The notes below the pieces were generated by a model. The model was given only the letters and a program-made list of their open reading frames with translations, had not been told where the DNA came from and did no database searches. Below, piece after piece: positions 42,379-53,246 of a stretch of 64,000 bases of DNA. The stretch's first letter is position 1, and each line of letters starts with the position of its first letter. Source of the stretch: Nitrospirales bacterium (GTDB lineage Bacteria; Nitrospirota; Nitrospiria; Nitrospirales; UBA8639); assembly GCA_963555755.3 (NCBI GenBank), contig OY820905.2, positions 736,001-800,000 on the forward strand, in the 5' to 3' direction. The position numbers and the translations under genes were made by a program.

Positions 42379-43402
42379 GCTTAACCCGCCACGGCGCGCT
42401 AATGGAAGAAGACACCGAGATTCCGTACCTGACCGACCCCGATGCCGATCCCGCCTTGGCACCGCTGCAGGCAGCCGCCTGCACCTACCGCATTGCCCTT
42501 GGCCCCCAAGCCGGTCAAAAAGTGCTGACGTGGAAAGACCCATCATTGCGCCTCACCAGTCAAGAGACGCCGCAACCAAAGGGCTGTGTCAGTGCGCAAG
42601 GGTTCAGTCTGCATGCCGACACCCATTGCGGCCCCCAGCAGCGACAACAACTCGAACAGCTCTGTCGCGACATCACGCGCCCGGCCTTGAGCCACAAACG
42701 CCTGCGCCGTACACCAGCCGGCGAGGTCGTCCTCCAACTCAAAACCCCGTACCGCGATGGCACCACCCATCTGGTGATGACCCCGCTGGAATTCCTGCAA
42801 CGCCTGGCCGCCCTCGTCCCACGTCCCCGGCTCCATCTCATTCGCTTCCATGGCGTGCTGGCGCCCAACGCGGCGCTACGCTCCCAGATCGTGCCCGGCG
42901 AGGCCGACCCGGCAACGGACACCGCCCATGAGGATGGCGAGGCCCTCGCTCCTTCAACACGAGCCCGCCTGAGTTGGGCGCAATGACTCAAACGCGTCTT
43001 CGCCATCGACCTCACCACCTGCCCGCAGTGCGGCGGGGCATTGACGCTCCTGGCGGCTATCGAAGATCCCGCGGTGATCTTCAAGATTTTGAGCCACCTG
43101 GGTTTGCCCACCCGCGCCCCACCACGAGCCCCGGCCCGCCTCGCCGCGTTCATGCAGCCAGCCTAATCCCAGTCTGGATTCCGGTTCAGTGCCTGAGCCG
43201 ACGCTCTCCTTTTGTCCAGGCGCCAACTCACTCCCCCCCATAATGCGAAAGGGTTGGCCTGATTCACGAAAAATGGCCCCTGCCGCCCCATCTCGCCGTG
43301 GAACTCCCGCCTTTCAGACGGTAACGTCTGCGAATTGACCCGCAACGGGGTCTTTGATACTTTCCGGTTTAGGCAAAAAGGCCTTTTAAAATTCCTATTC
43401 CC
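42379..43402 (+). mobile_element. IS91/ISCR-like element copy 3 (3' half) with oriIS-like end
   Basis: Homologous to copies 1 and 2; ends CCTTTTAAAATTCCTATTCCC. Confidence 0.88.
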
Positions 43403-43521
43403 AATTTCGTTTGTGGGCTAGGGATGAGGATCGAAGTCCAAATCCATAGGAAAGTGTTAATGCAAGATCTGAGGTGGTCCGGAGTTGATAACCTCCGCAG
43501 TGTATTGAGGGCCGCTAGGAT

Positions 43522-43821
43522 TTATTTAGTTTTGGTTCTGGATTCCCAGTAACCAGGTTTGCGTTTGAGGTGCATCACGGCGGCAATGTAAATGGTCTTT
43601 CCCTCGACGGCATAGATGACGCCATAAGGAAATTGATGAACTAAGTAGCGACGAAAGGGTCCTTTTAAAATGCGCCAACGCGTTGGATGTTTGCGAATCT
43701 GATCAAAGGCCGATTCCACCGCATCAAGAAACTCGTGTCCAAGTCCATCACGACAGTCTTCATAAAACAAGGCAGCCTCTCGCATTTCTGCCTTGGCTGC
43801 CGGATCAAGAACCAGTCTCAA
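43522..43821 (-). CDS. ParE/RelE-family toxin
   Basis: AAKAEMREAALFYE..GLGHEF..FPYGVIY..AVMHLKRKPGYW. Confidence 0.88.
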   Translation of the reverse strand: MRLVLDPAAKAEMREAALFYEDCRDGLGHEFLDAVESAFDQIRKHPTRWRILKGPFRRYLVHQFPYGVIYAVEGKTIYIAAVMHLKRKPGYWESRTKTK

Positions 43822-44051
43822 CGACGAAGTTCCTTGCGGATTTCTGCAAGGGCCTTGGTTCCCGCGATGGTCTTGGTCCTCTTTCGTTTCCAGGCTGAAA
43901 AGCGCCGCTCGGCTTCCGCCACCCAAGCTTCATCCACAGCCGTCAATGGCTCATCTTCCGTTTCGGCCAGCAACCGCTCAGCGAGCCTTTCACGTTCGAC
44001 TGCCGGAAGTTTCCGAGCCTTCTTTTCTAGGGCTAAGGCTTGCGTCGTCAT
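43818..44051 (-). CDS. Addiction-module antitoxin component
   Basis: LPAVERERLAERLL..VDEAWVAEAERR; overlaps the toxin start. Confidence 0.85.
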   Translation of the reverse strand: MTTQALALEKKARKLPAVERERLAERLLAETEDEPLTAVDEAWVAEAERRFSAWKRKRTKTIAGTKALAEIRKELRR

Positions 44052-44353
44052 CTGTGATACTCCTTCCTGTTCCGGGGTGCTAAATTCAACCTGTGCTATA
44101 AACATGAAGAATACTGACTTCGTAGGGATGAGACAAGAATTGAGGAAATTATTCTAAAACTATGGAATAATGAAGATCGGAAAAGGTGAGCACGAAGGAT
44201 GGCGGCTTTTTTCAACATTCCCATATCCAACGCACGGTGCAGCAGGTCTTGACGGATTCCCTACGAGATCGTTTGCCTCCCCTCATTGTGGCGAACAGCA
44301 TGGCACTGGAAAAGATCGGGACGTAAGTAATTCCCTTTCGCGAGTCAAAGTGC

Positions 44354-44487
44354 GGATCAGGTCTTGCAAGGCCATATACCCTATAGTTGTCCTCTCTTAA
44401 TCCCGGCCTTCAAGAATGTGGTGGGTGGGTTATGGAGTAGGATCTAAGTTCAAATCAATAGAAATGTGCTAATGCAAGCCCTGACCC
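44354..44487. repeat. REPIN-like element; truncated second copy at about 43413-43472
   Basis: IR GGATCAGGTCTTGCA..TGCAAGCCCTGACCC; right half resembles 43413-43472. Confidence 0.6.
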
Positions 44488-44507
44488 TCAATCGGATGGG
44501 GGAGTAG

Positions 44508-45734
44508 ATGCTTATAACGTATGTTCTTGGTGCTTGTCCTAAATGTCGAAGCGAGAACTGCTTTGGCAATGTATCCGTGCAGGGTGACCGAGTTCTTCGG
44601 GGTTGCGAAAGTTGTAACTACCATATGACCATTTTTCTTCCAGTAATCAGGAAGAAGATCCTGTACCTTGACCAGTTTTTTTTAAGTAATGCCTTTCTGG
44701 GTAAGGATGAGCGGTTCGTCGAAGCAGCACAAGGGATTCGGAAACTTTCGGACTTTCAACTCTTGGTAGTCCCGTTCTCATCCATCCATGAAGATGAGAC
44801 ACATCAATGGAAGGGATTCGGTGGCAAGAACAAAGAAGACCTAATGGAGTTCGTCAAGACTAGCTCGGGAGGGCATGAATTCCAACAGGACTATGAGGTC
44901 GAAGAGAAGCAAATCGTTACGGCGTTCCAGAATTATATGGAAGGAAAATCAGCGGAATTCATGCTTGAAGCAGATGATGCGATTGAGGGCAACATCCATG
45001 AATGGGATGACTACTATCGAATTGATGTTGGTTCTTACCTTGGAGATATCCAAGTAATTCGAGATTTGAAAGGGAAGTCCATACAAACATTGGTCGACGT
45101 CTTCGAGGATTGGCGAAATTCTACTAGTACTTTTGAACAAGATGTGGAGATTGAAATAGCAGATGCCCGAAAAGGGTACATACAATCATATCTGGATTAT
45201 GTGCAACGGATGGTTCTTGGTGATTACGAGGCGATGTTCGATTCGCCCGTTAAGTCCCAGGTTGTTCAGGCGATGCTACACTGCTTTACTAATGAAACCC
45301 CATGGGCGGAACGTCTGCAAAAGGTAGGGGAATTTTTCCGTTCTGATCACTTTGCCCAGGTACCCTATCAATGGGTTTCTGCAAGGATTTATGCAAAGCT
45401 TAAGGATATGGTCAAAAACGAGGGAGCGTATGCAAATCACGAAAAGGCTAAAGAGCGCTTAAGTGGATTCTTCTCTGATGTTAAACATGTCGCCATTTAT
45501 TCTCCGTATTGTGACGCATTCATAATGGATAAGGCGATGGCTCATCTTGTGAATGATCCACGTGTGGGGCTACATAACAGATACGGTGTAAAGGTTTTCA
45601 GTTTGAATAATTGGGACGAATTGTTTTATTGGCTCAACACTCTTGAAGAAGAGATGTCGACCGCGCATAAGGCTGCGTTGTCAGAAGCTTATCCCTGGAC
45701 TTCTTCCCGGCCCCTGGATGGAGGCCGTCATTGA
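44508..45734 (+). CDS. Hypothetical protein: N-terminal Zn ribbon plus PIN-like domain
   Basis: CPKC..CESC; ILYLDQ, SSIHEDE, SDVKH..YCDAFIMD acidic pattern; low GC. Confidence 0.6.
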   Translation: MLITYVLGACPKCRSENCFGNVSVQGDRVLRGCESCNYHMTIFLPVIRKKILYLDQFFLSNAFLGKDERFVEAAQGIRKLSDFQLLVVPFSSIHEDETHQWKGFGGKNKEDLMEFVKTSSGGHEFQQDYEVEEKQIVTAFQNYMEGKSAEFMLEADDAIEGNIHEWDDYYRIDVGSYLGDIQVIRDLKGKSIQTLVDVFEDWRNSTSTFEQDVEIEIADARKGYIQSYLDYVQRMVLGDYEAMFDSPVKSQVVQAMLHCFTNETPWAERLQKVGEFFRSDHFAQVPYQWVSARIYAKLKDMVKNEGAYANHEKAKERLSGFFSDVKHVAIYSPYCDAFIMDKAMAHLVNDPRVGLHNRYGVKVFSLNNWDELFYWLNTLEEEMSTAHKAALSEAYPWTSSRPLDGGRH

Positions 45735-45955
45735 TCTGCCTGCGGAACAACTCTTTCAAGTTTTCCAGCTTTTGGCTGTCCATTGCTACGGCGTCGGGCG
45801 TGGTCAGTGTGGCCATGTTGCTTCCTCCAGATGATGCAGTCGAATCTCTGAGTTCCGGAACACGCTTGGAGTCTTTTGCTTAGAGCTTTTTTACGGTGTC
45901 GCCGGGTTTTATCTCGCCGCCATGGACCACTTTGGTATTGATGCCTCTTAGCTGG
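45700..45955 (-). pseudogene. Remnants of a MOSC-like C-terminus and a serine-hydrolase-like N-terminus
   Basis: LRGINTKVVHGGEIKPGD* followed by MATLTTPDAVAMDSQKL..GLHPGA. Confidence 0.45.
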
Positions 45956-45956
45956 A

Positions 45957-46015
45957 GCTTGAATTCAAGTAGCAAGTGCAATTCTTTCTCAAATAAGTGG
46001 GACGAAGTGATTGTT
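45957..46015 (-). mobile_element. Right-end fragment of the IS30 type seen at 23163-24107
   Basis: Reverse complement of TTGCACTTGCTACTTGAATTCAAGC. Confidence 0.75.
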
Positions 46016-46508
46016 CCTACATTCCGCACTTGAGAACGTGCATTTAACCTGGAACCCACCAGTGGTGTCCAGCGCCTAGCTCTTACCGCCGGATCCACGG
46101 AGCGGTTTCAAGCGCCTCCTTGCTCACTGTCGCCAGCTTCGCCTGCAGTTTCTTGAAGTTCTTAATCCGTCGTACGCACTCCCTGGCTTCCTCCTGCGTG
46201 AGCGTTACCGTGGTCTTCTTTTCGTCGATGAGGCCTGTCCAGCGATAATAGGGCCCGTGTCGGTGGGCCGGGTCGTCCCGACACTTGCACGTCTGTTTGC
46301 CGCATCGCGCCCTTGCTGTCGACACACTCCCGGGCAGAACGGGTCCGGGCGCCCGGAGGTGGATCATCTTTGCGCGTGACATCTTAATGCTATTATGCAT
46401 TAAGATAGGGCGTGATGCAAGCCAAAGATTTGCAGCATCGGAAGGTACGAATCGCGACCCTCCCACTCATCAATCGCTGTTTCGCGACGCTTGGGGTGCG
46501 CCACCGCC
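46016..46508 (+). mobile_element. Truncated inverted copy of IS1634 retaining the DUF6788 gene (46083-46382, minus strand)
   Basis: Near-identical to 34713-35205 reversed; cut by IS3. Confidence 0.9.
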
Positions 46509-47798
46509 TGGAAGAGAAGGACCCGGAAAAATTGACACCGCCTTAAGTGGATAGGTAGACCTGTTTCAAGTATTTTCATGTCATTCACAGGAGCTTATCA
46601 TGAGTCGACGAATCAGACGCAATCACCAACCCGTATTCAAGGCGAAAGTGGCGCTTGCTGCCCTGAAGGGCGATGTAACCACTGCCGAATTAGCGAAGAA
46701 ATTTGAGGTCCACCCGAATCAGATCTCACAATGGAAAACACAGCTGCTCGAGAAGGCCCCCGGCGTCTTCGATGAGAAGGGGCGCGAGACAGTCCCTCCC
46801 GTTGATGTGAAAACACTGCATGCCAAGATCGGGCAATTGACGCTGGAGAATGATTTTTTAGAAGGCGCGCTCGGCAAGGCCGGACTTCTGAGCGCAAGGC
46901 CATGATTGACCGGACCCATGCACTACCCGTATCACACCAAGCCAAGATACTCGGATTATCGAGAGGCTGTCTCTATTATCAACCTGTACCACTCAGTGAG
47001 AGTGAACTCGGGTTGATGCATCGTTTGGATACACTGCATCTGGCACACCCGTTTGCCGGTTCGCGTATGTTGCGAGACTTGCTACGATTGGAGGGCGCCA
47101 CCGTTGGGCGCAAACACGTGAGAACCCTGATGAAACGGATGGGCATCGAAGCCCTCTATCGCCAGCCCAGGACGACGCAGGTGCATCGGGGACACGCCGT
47201 GTATCCGTACTTACTCCGTCATCTGTCTATTACGCGGTCCAATCAGGTGTGGGCCTCGGATGTCAGCTACATTCCGATGTAGCCCATGGATTTGTCTATT
47301 TGACGGTCATTCTCGACTGGTATAGTCGCCGAGTCCTGTCCTGGCGCGTATCGGTGACGATGGATGTGGAATGTATTATGGATGCCTTGGAGGAGGCGAT
47401 TGAGAAATATGGCTGTCCAGAAATCATGAACACTGATCAAGGCAGTCAATATACCAGTGAGCGATTCCTCCAAGCGCTCAAGGATCGAGAGATTCAAATT
47501 AGCATGGACGGCAAAGGAGCCTGGCGTGACAACATTTTCGTCGAACGACTGTGGCGATCAGTCAAATATGAGGATATTTACTTGCATGCCTATGAAACTC
47601 CGAGTGATGTCAAACAAGGCCTGAAACGGTATTTTCAATTCTACAATACCAGTCGTCCACATCAGGCACACCGGGGCCAGACACCCGACACGGCGTATTT
47701 CCACCTGTTGCCTGTAGCCAAGGTAGCATAATTCATTGGGATACTTTCCACTTAAGAATTGGCTTGAGGTGTGCAGTTAAACGGGACCACCTCTTTCG
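46509..47798 (+). mobile_element. IS3-family element (orfA 46600-46905; orfB 46902-47731, disrupted at about 47280)
   Basis: [47 protein letters not shown]; ends approximate. Confidence 0.9.
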
Positions 47799-47993
47799 TC
47801 TGCGGTACCCCGAGCTGAAGCAGACCTACTGGGGCGCGGTGCTGTGGTCTCCCGGGTTTTTCTCGTCGACGGTTGGGTTGAATGAGGCGGTTATCCGGCG
47901 GTACGTGGACCATCAAGAACGAGTGGACAAAGGGCACATGCAGCTCAAGTTTGAATTTTAAGTGCCACGGGGCGTGAGCCCGTGGGTATCTAC
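47799..47993 (+). pseudogene. IS200/IS605 tnpA 3' fragment with right-end hairpin
   Basis: YWGAVLWSPGFFSSTVG.NEAVIRRYV..Q; hairpin CCACGGG..CCCGTGG. Confidence 0.8.
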
Positions 47994-48826
47994 TGACGGG
48001 GGTCGTGGCGATGATCAGCTTGATGGCCAAGAAGGCTCTGATACCTATGTGTTTACGCGCCTTGACGGGCGCGATATCCTGGATGACACTGGCGGAGCTA
48101 GCGACCTGGATGTGTTGGAAATCCGAGGGTATACGCCCGACGATGTGATTGTCACCCGCCCCAACCCCGAACGCAACGATCTGCTGCTGTCTTTTGAGAA
48201 CACACAAGACGAAATTTTGTTGCGTGGGCAATTTAGTGTGACGGCAGGACAGGGTATCGAACAGATTGAATTTGGCGACGGCACCGTGTGGGATCGCACG
48301 ACACTCACGGCCAATATTACCGCTGGTGGAACGTATGCCGACGATACCATAACCGGACAAGTGCGCCTGAATTAATTATCGGTCGTGGTGGGGATGATTT
48401 CCTTTCAGGCGGTGATGGCAGCGATACCTATGTGTTCTCTCGCGGCGATGGCCATGACGTCATCGACGAAAACGGGTATTACGATACCGATGTGGTCCAG
48501 ATCGAAGGCTATGCCCCGAGTGAAGTCATTCTTTCTCGTGCTCTTGATGTGGCAGATGACTTGGTCATTCGATTTACCAATGGCACGGATGAGTTACGTA
48601 TTGTGAATACGCTCGATAGCGACATCCGAGATCAAATTGAACAGATCCAATTTACAGACGGCCCAGATGGTGCCGTGGGTACGGTGTGGGCCATTTCGGA
48701 GGTAATGGAGGCTGTCCTGGCTAATTCTAGCTCAGCTGGTCCGGACATTCTGTATGGTTATCCGACAGCCGACACCCTTGTGGGGGGGCTTGGGAATGAT
48801 CGGCTGCATGGCAATGGCGGGGCTGC
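47994..48826 (+). pseudogene. Internal fragment of an RTX/hemolysin-type Ca-binding giant protein
   Basis: GGRGDDQL.GQEGSDTY, IEQIEFGDGTVW, GGLGNDRLHG; frameshift at about 48360. Confidence 0.85.
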
Positions 48827-48947
48827 CCCTCGCTCGCGGCGATAGCGGTGCGTGCGGCGCCCAGCGGCTGCCTACCGTAGCGGCTTGCAGCAAGGCGTAG
48901 CGCGTCAACCGGAAAACGCGGCAAGGTTCACCCCAGAATCCGCTATT

Positions 48948-49472
48948 CTAATCATTGCTGAAGCCCTCAAAATCTAACTTGTTGCTTCTAAATCGGAATC
49001 GCGCATCAGGAGCTGTGGCGACACTGAACCACTGGTCCTTGTGGCTACCCTGTGGATTCTCCCACTTGACCTTCCCGTTAGCAGTTGCCGTCACGTGGAG
49101 GCACGTGCATTTGAGTTCCTGGTTGTGGTTGCCCGTACTCTGTATCCGCGTTTGGCGAGCTTTCAGGCGAATCTTGTATGCCGTGCCATTGTTGAGGCCC
49201 GATTCCGTTGCTCGAAGTGCCGCGATGTCGTTATAGGTAAACGATATCTCCCATGGATCCGCAGCATCATTGTCCGCTTTGACAATCCGCGACCAGTGTC
49301 CGCCTCCCATGTATACGGCCGCAGCCAGGGACAGGGGCTTGTAACTATACCCATCGTCGAAATTTTCGTAGACCCTGACGGTCATAGCCGTGTTCAAGTC
49401 AGCCCCTTCAGCTTGTAGGGGAAAAGATACCAGCACAACGGTAGCCACCAGGGCCAATTTGAGACTATTCAT
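48948..49472 (-). CDS. Secreted hypothetical protein
   Basis: Signal [21 protein letters not shown]; 174-aa open frame; no family recognised. Confidence 0.55.
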   Translation of the reverse strand: MNSLKLALVATVVLVSFPLQAEGADLNTAMTVRVYENFDDGYSYKPLSLAAAVYMGGGHWSRIVKADNDAADPWEISFTYNDIAALRATESGLNNGTAYKIRLKARQTRIQSTGNHNQELKCTCLHVTATANGKVKWENPQGSHKDQWFSVATAPDARFRFRSNKLDFEGFSND

Positions 49473-49684
49473 CGTAGTTTAACCTTTTCTGTAGAATTCC
49501 TTGGTGCTCGGGCCTTCGCCGACTGGCGTCGAATTGAATCTCAGTCGAGCAAGGAAGCGCACCTGTCCATAGTGCTGGTGCAACCCCCGCCCGAGGGGAT
49601 TGGATTTGTCCCAATGACCATGTGGCAATAATGACGTTCCGGTAATCGTGAGCGAGGCCAAATTCGACGAATTCGAGTTGCCGG

Positions 49685-49780
49685 GCCAGGATCCAGCGCT
49701 CGACCACCGCCACCGCCACCTCGACCTTCGCCTTGTCGCGGGGTTTTCTCGGACGCGCGGGCAGGATCACCGCGAGGACC
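49685..49780 (-). pseudogene. IS21 istA fragment
   Basis: [27 protein letters not shown]. Confidence 0.75.
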
Positions 49781-50055
49781 GCTAAGCCGTTCAGGTTTAG
49801 CCGGGTTATTGGACTCGCCACCCATGACTATAAACGACGCCAAGCGGCCTGAAAGGAGAGAATTGAAAATATCAGAAATAGGCAATGCAGCCCTTTCGGA
49901 AATGCCGAAACTAACAACGCGGAATTTCTACCTATTCTTGACGCTATCGACACGTTTAAAGATGCATTTGTTATCTTCTGATGTGCCTTTGATTTCAAAG
50001 ACCACCAGGATCACTTGATCTTTGCTGTCGTCCAGTTTGTCAGTGTAAACATTTC

Positions 50056-51143
50056 TTGAATTCACATAATAAGTGCACCACCTTAACGGTTGGCTAGCTG
50101 GTATATTCTCTGGCCGACCAAAGGAGGCGGTGCCAAGATGACACAACGTTATACTCAGCTGACCGAACCTGAGCGCTACCACTTGTACACGATGCGAAAG
50201 CCAACCACACCCTTTCGAGAGATTGCGAAGGGAATGGGGCGATCCCACACCACCCTGAGTCGGGAGGAAACGCGGAACACCGGCCAGCGGGGCTATCGCG
50301 ACCAACAAGCCCAGCAGAAGGCGGGCCAGCGCCACCAGGACACGCCCAAAGCCGTGAAGCTGACGGAGTCGGTGCTGGCGTATAGTCACGAGAAACTTCA
50401 CGCCTGGTGGAGTCCAGAGCAAATATGTGGACGCGTGGGGCTCGAGCAGGGCGTCTCGTTACGCCCAGAAACGATCGATCGCGTGGGGCTGAAAGACCCG
50501 CAGCAAGGCGGGCAACTCTATCGGCACGTGCGCCACCACGCCACGCCGTACCGCACGCGCTATGGCCGCAAGGAATATCGGGGACGCATCCCGGGCCGAG
50601 TCGATATTGCCGAGCGTCCGACCGTCGGGGACACCCGCGCACGGGTCGGCGATTGGGAAGCCGATTTAGTGATCGGCCGCGGGCATAACGGGGCCATCGT
50701 GACTCTGGCCGAGCGACGGTCTCGGCTCTATCTGGCGCTGCCGATCGTGCGCAAAACCGCGGACTGGACCACACGGGCGATCACCTCACTGTTAGCTGCG
50801 TGTACGGACTGGACCCACACCATCACCTCTGACAATGGCCGAGAGTTCAACGGCCACGCCACCATTGCCAAGGCCTTGGACTGCCAGGGCTTCGTTGCTC
50901 GCCCGTCCCACAGTTGGGAGCGAGGCGTACACGAGAATAGCAACGGGCGGCTCCGACAGTATTTTCCCAAGGAGCTGCCGCTCGACACGGTGTCCACGGA
51001 AGCGGTCACTGCCGCCGGGGAGGCCATGAATCATCGACCCCGGAAATGCTTGGGGTTTTAAACGCCTTGGGAAGTGTTCTCGCGACTCACTCAATCACAT
51101 ATTCAATTGAAAACCTGTGGCGCACTTATGGGTTGAATTCGCC
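50056..51143 (+). mobile_element. Degenerate IS30-family element (transposase from 50138, premature stop at 51061)
   Basis: YTQLTEPER, WSPEQI, GDWEADLV, ITSDNGREF, NHRPRKCLGF; IR GAATTCA..ATAAGTGCRCCAC. Confidence 0.88.
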
Positions 51144-51392
51144 TATGATAAGAAGACCACATCCTAAAACAAAATTTGGGACATTACTTTTACTTGCAGT
51201 GGGCATTAGTCATCTCCCTTCTTGGACAAAATCACACCTGGATTTTTTGAAACATTTAGGTTGCCTAGCGGATTAGGAGAACCTTATATTAAAAACTCCC
51301 AACCCCTTTAGGTTTTCTTTTGCCTTAGCTCTCGCGTATGAGTTTTTTGACTATGCGGGGTAAATAGGCAGTGTCCCCAATCTTGTTTGCCC

Positions 51393-52886
51393 CTAGTCTT
51401 GAGGTGTCGGCGCTTCGCGGGAAGACCTCGAAATCTCGAAGAGGCGATCGAGCCCACGCGCCGCCGACTGGTATGCTGCTTCACTCCAGGTAGAAAACGC
51501 GGGATTGTAAGACTCTCCAACGAGCGAGACATTCTCATCACCGAGCGGCTTGACCGCCCAATCCGCGATGTCCTCGTTGGAGAAATTCGTCCCTGCAGCG
51601 ATCCAGTACCAGGCTGCAGGCCAGATCTGCACATGAGTATTGATGGGCCTGGGGATCTGCGCTGCGGGAAAGCTCGCTTGCAATAGACTCTGAAGTCGCT
51701 CGACTACTTCTTTCTTCGACTGACGGTAGAGCTCTTCCCATTCTTTTACGCACTTCGGGTCGTCGGAATAGACTGTACGGGTCACTTTCTGCACCCGGGA
51801 ATCCGAGTCAAGCGGAGCTTCCATGTACCCCAAGCAGCTCTCGGTTGTTATCAGCCTATCAAAAGGGCGCCCATCGTTGGCCGCGACGGACCACCAGGCT
51901 TCCGGCCACCATTGCGTGATAGTAACGACGCGTACCCCGACTAGGCTCTCGAACTCTGAGCTATTGGTGATCCTTTCGACAACATCGCCGCCGATTTGTG
52001 AGAGCCCATTCGCGCTAACGGCGAGAATCACACTGCCGGGGTGGACTTTTCGTTTCGCAGTAGTAATCTTGAAGCCCGATGGAACAGATTCGACACGCTC
52101 AACTTTCTCATTTAGAAACAGCCGAACCCCACCACCACTAGCACGCCTTGCCATACGCCGTATGAATTCGCTCATTCCCCCCTTTGGATAGAGCTCCGCC
52201 CCGAGGTCCCAGTCGTAGTCGAGCCAGTCAAGGTAACCTTTGGCATCCATTGGGTACGCGTAGTCGCCACGGAAGCGTGCCGTGTCCCATAGATAGTCGA
52301 ACCCCTCATCGCCGACGGCCTTTCGTACATAGGACGGGAATTCGAGTCCGGCTTCGAGGCGATCCCTAGACCGCAGCTTGGCGAAAAGCGCATCTTCCAC
52401 ATCCGATGTAGTGAACTCGGATGTGTCGTATTTCTTCAGATCTGGGTACCTTTGAGCAATCTCATCCTTACTAAACGAGCGCACCCCGCGAACTATGAAC
52501 AAGTCCCTATGGGATTCGACTTTATCCGTGAACTCGATCCTCAGTTCCTTTGCCAAGTCGGTCACCATCACTTGACCTTCCTTGATCCTTCGTGCCCCCA
52601 CGTCGACTCGGCCCGATCCCATCCCACCCAGGTTCTCAACATCGTAGATCCGTCCACCCAATCGCGACTCCTTCTCGAAGAGGCAAACGCCGGATACATG
52701 CTCCTCGGCTAGGCGATAGGCTGTGTATACACCGGCGGCGCCGCCACCCACAATCACCACGGCGCAATCTTCAGCTGGGGTAGTACTCCACAACCCTCCG
52801 GCTGTGCATGCAGCACCGAACGCTACAAGCGTTAGCCCCAGTAGAATTGATTTTATCGTAGTCTTGCGGTTGGACTCTCGGGTCAT
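51393..52886 (-). CDS. Exported FAD-dependent amine/L-amino-acid oxidase-like protein
   Basis: VIVGGGAAG, FEKESRLGGR, DVGARR, PKGGM, LVGESY..WSEAA; lipobox-like FGAAC. Confidence 0.8.
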   Translation of the reverse strand: MTRESNRKTTIKSILLGLTLVAFGAACTAGGLWSTTPAEDCAVVIVGGGAAGVYTAYRLAEEHVSGVCLFEKESRLGGRIYDVENLGGMGSGRVDVGARRIKEGQVMVTDLAKELRIEFTDKVESHRDLFIVRGVRSFSKDEIAQRYPDLKKYDTSEFTTSDVEDALFAKLRSRDRLEAGLEFPSYVRKAVGDEGFDYLWDTARFRGDYAYPMDAKGYLDWLDYDWDLGAELYPKGGMSEFIRRMARRASGGGVRLFLNEKVERVESVPSGFKITTAKRKVHPGSVILAVSANGLSQIGGDVVERITNSSEFESLVGVRVVTITQWWPEAWWSVAANDGRPFDRLITTESCLGYMEAPLDSDSRVQKVTRTVYSDDPKCVKEWEELYRQSKKEVVERLQSLLQASFPAAQIPRPINTHVQIWPAAWYWIAAGTNFSNEDIADWAVKPLGDENVSLVGESYNPAFSTWSEAAYQSAARGLDRLFEISRSSREAPTPQD

Positions 52887-53246
52887 TTTGTCATCTAAAC
52901 CTTCTTCAGGTGTCTTTGAATTGGCGCAGCGTGACTGGTTGAGTCGCCGTTGTCGAATTCACGCGAGGATGAAAAGGGATCGGGATTCTTTTTATTGAGA
53001 GTTTCACATTATAGCAGACTTTCCACTTATCGCCGATTGCTCCGCGATTGAGCATTCCTCAACATTTTTTTAAGGGCGGAGCTGGCGTAAAGTATTAGTC
53101 AACAAAAATAGGGGTCAAAATAGGGGTCACCTATTAGCAGGCTCCTGTCAAGTGGGCACACGACTCCTCTCATTTTCTCCATGCTTCTAAAATCCTGTCT
53201 GCTTGTTCCTCGCGGTGAGGAAACCAATTCGCGCCTGGGTTTTCAT

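Noticed and set aside
44245..44325. c-di-GMP-I riboswitch (GGCAAAC on the minus strand)
   Set aside because: The GNRA-capped P2 and the GACGCAAAGC junction are not recognisable.
49818..50055. AT-rich ORF remnant next to IS30
   Set aside because: Interrupted by a stop and too short to assign.
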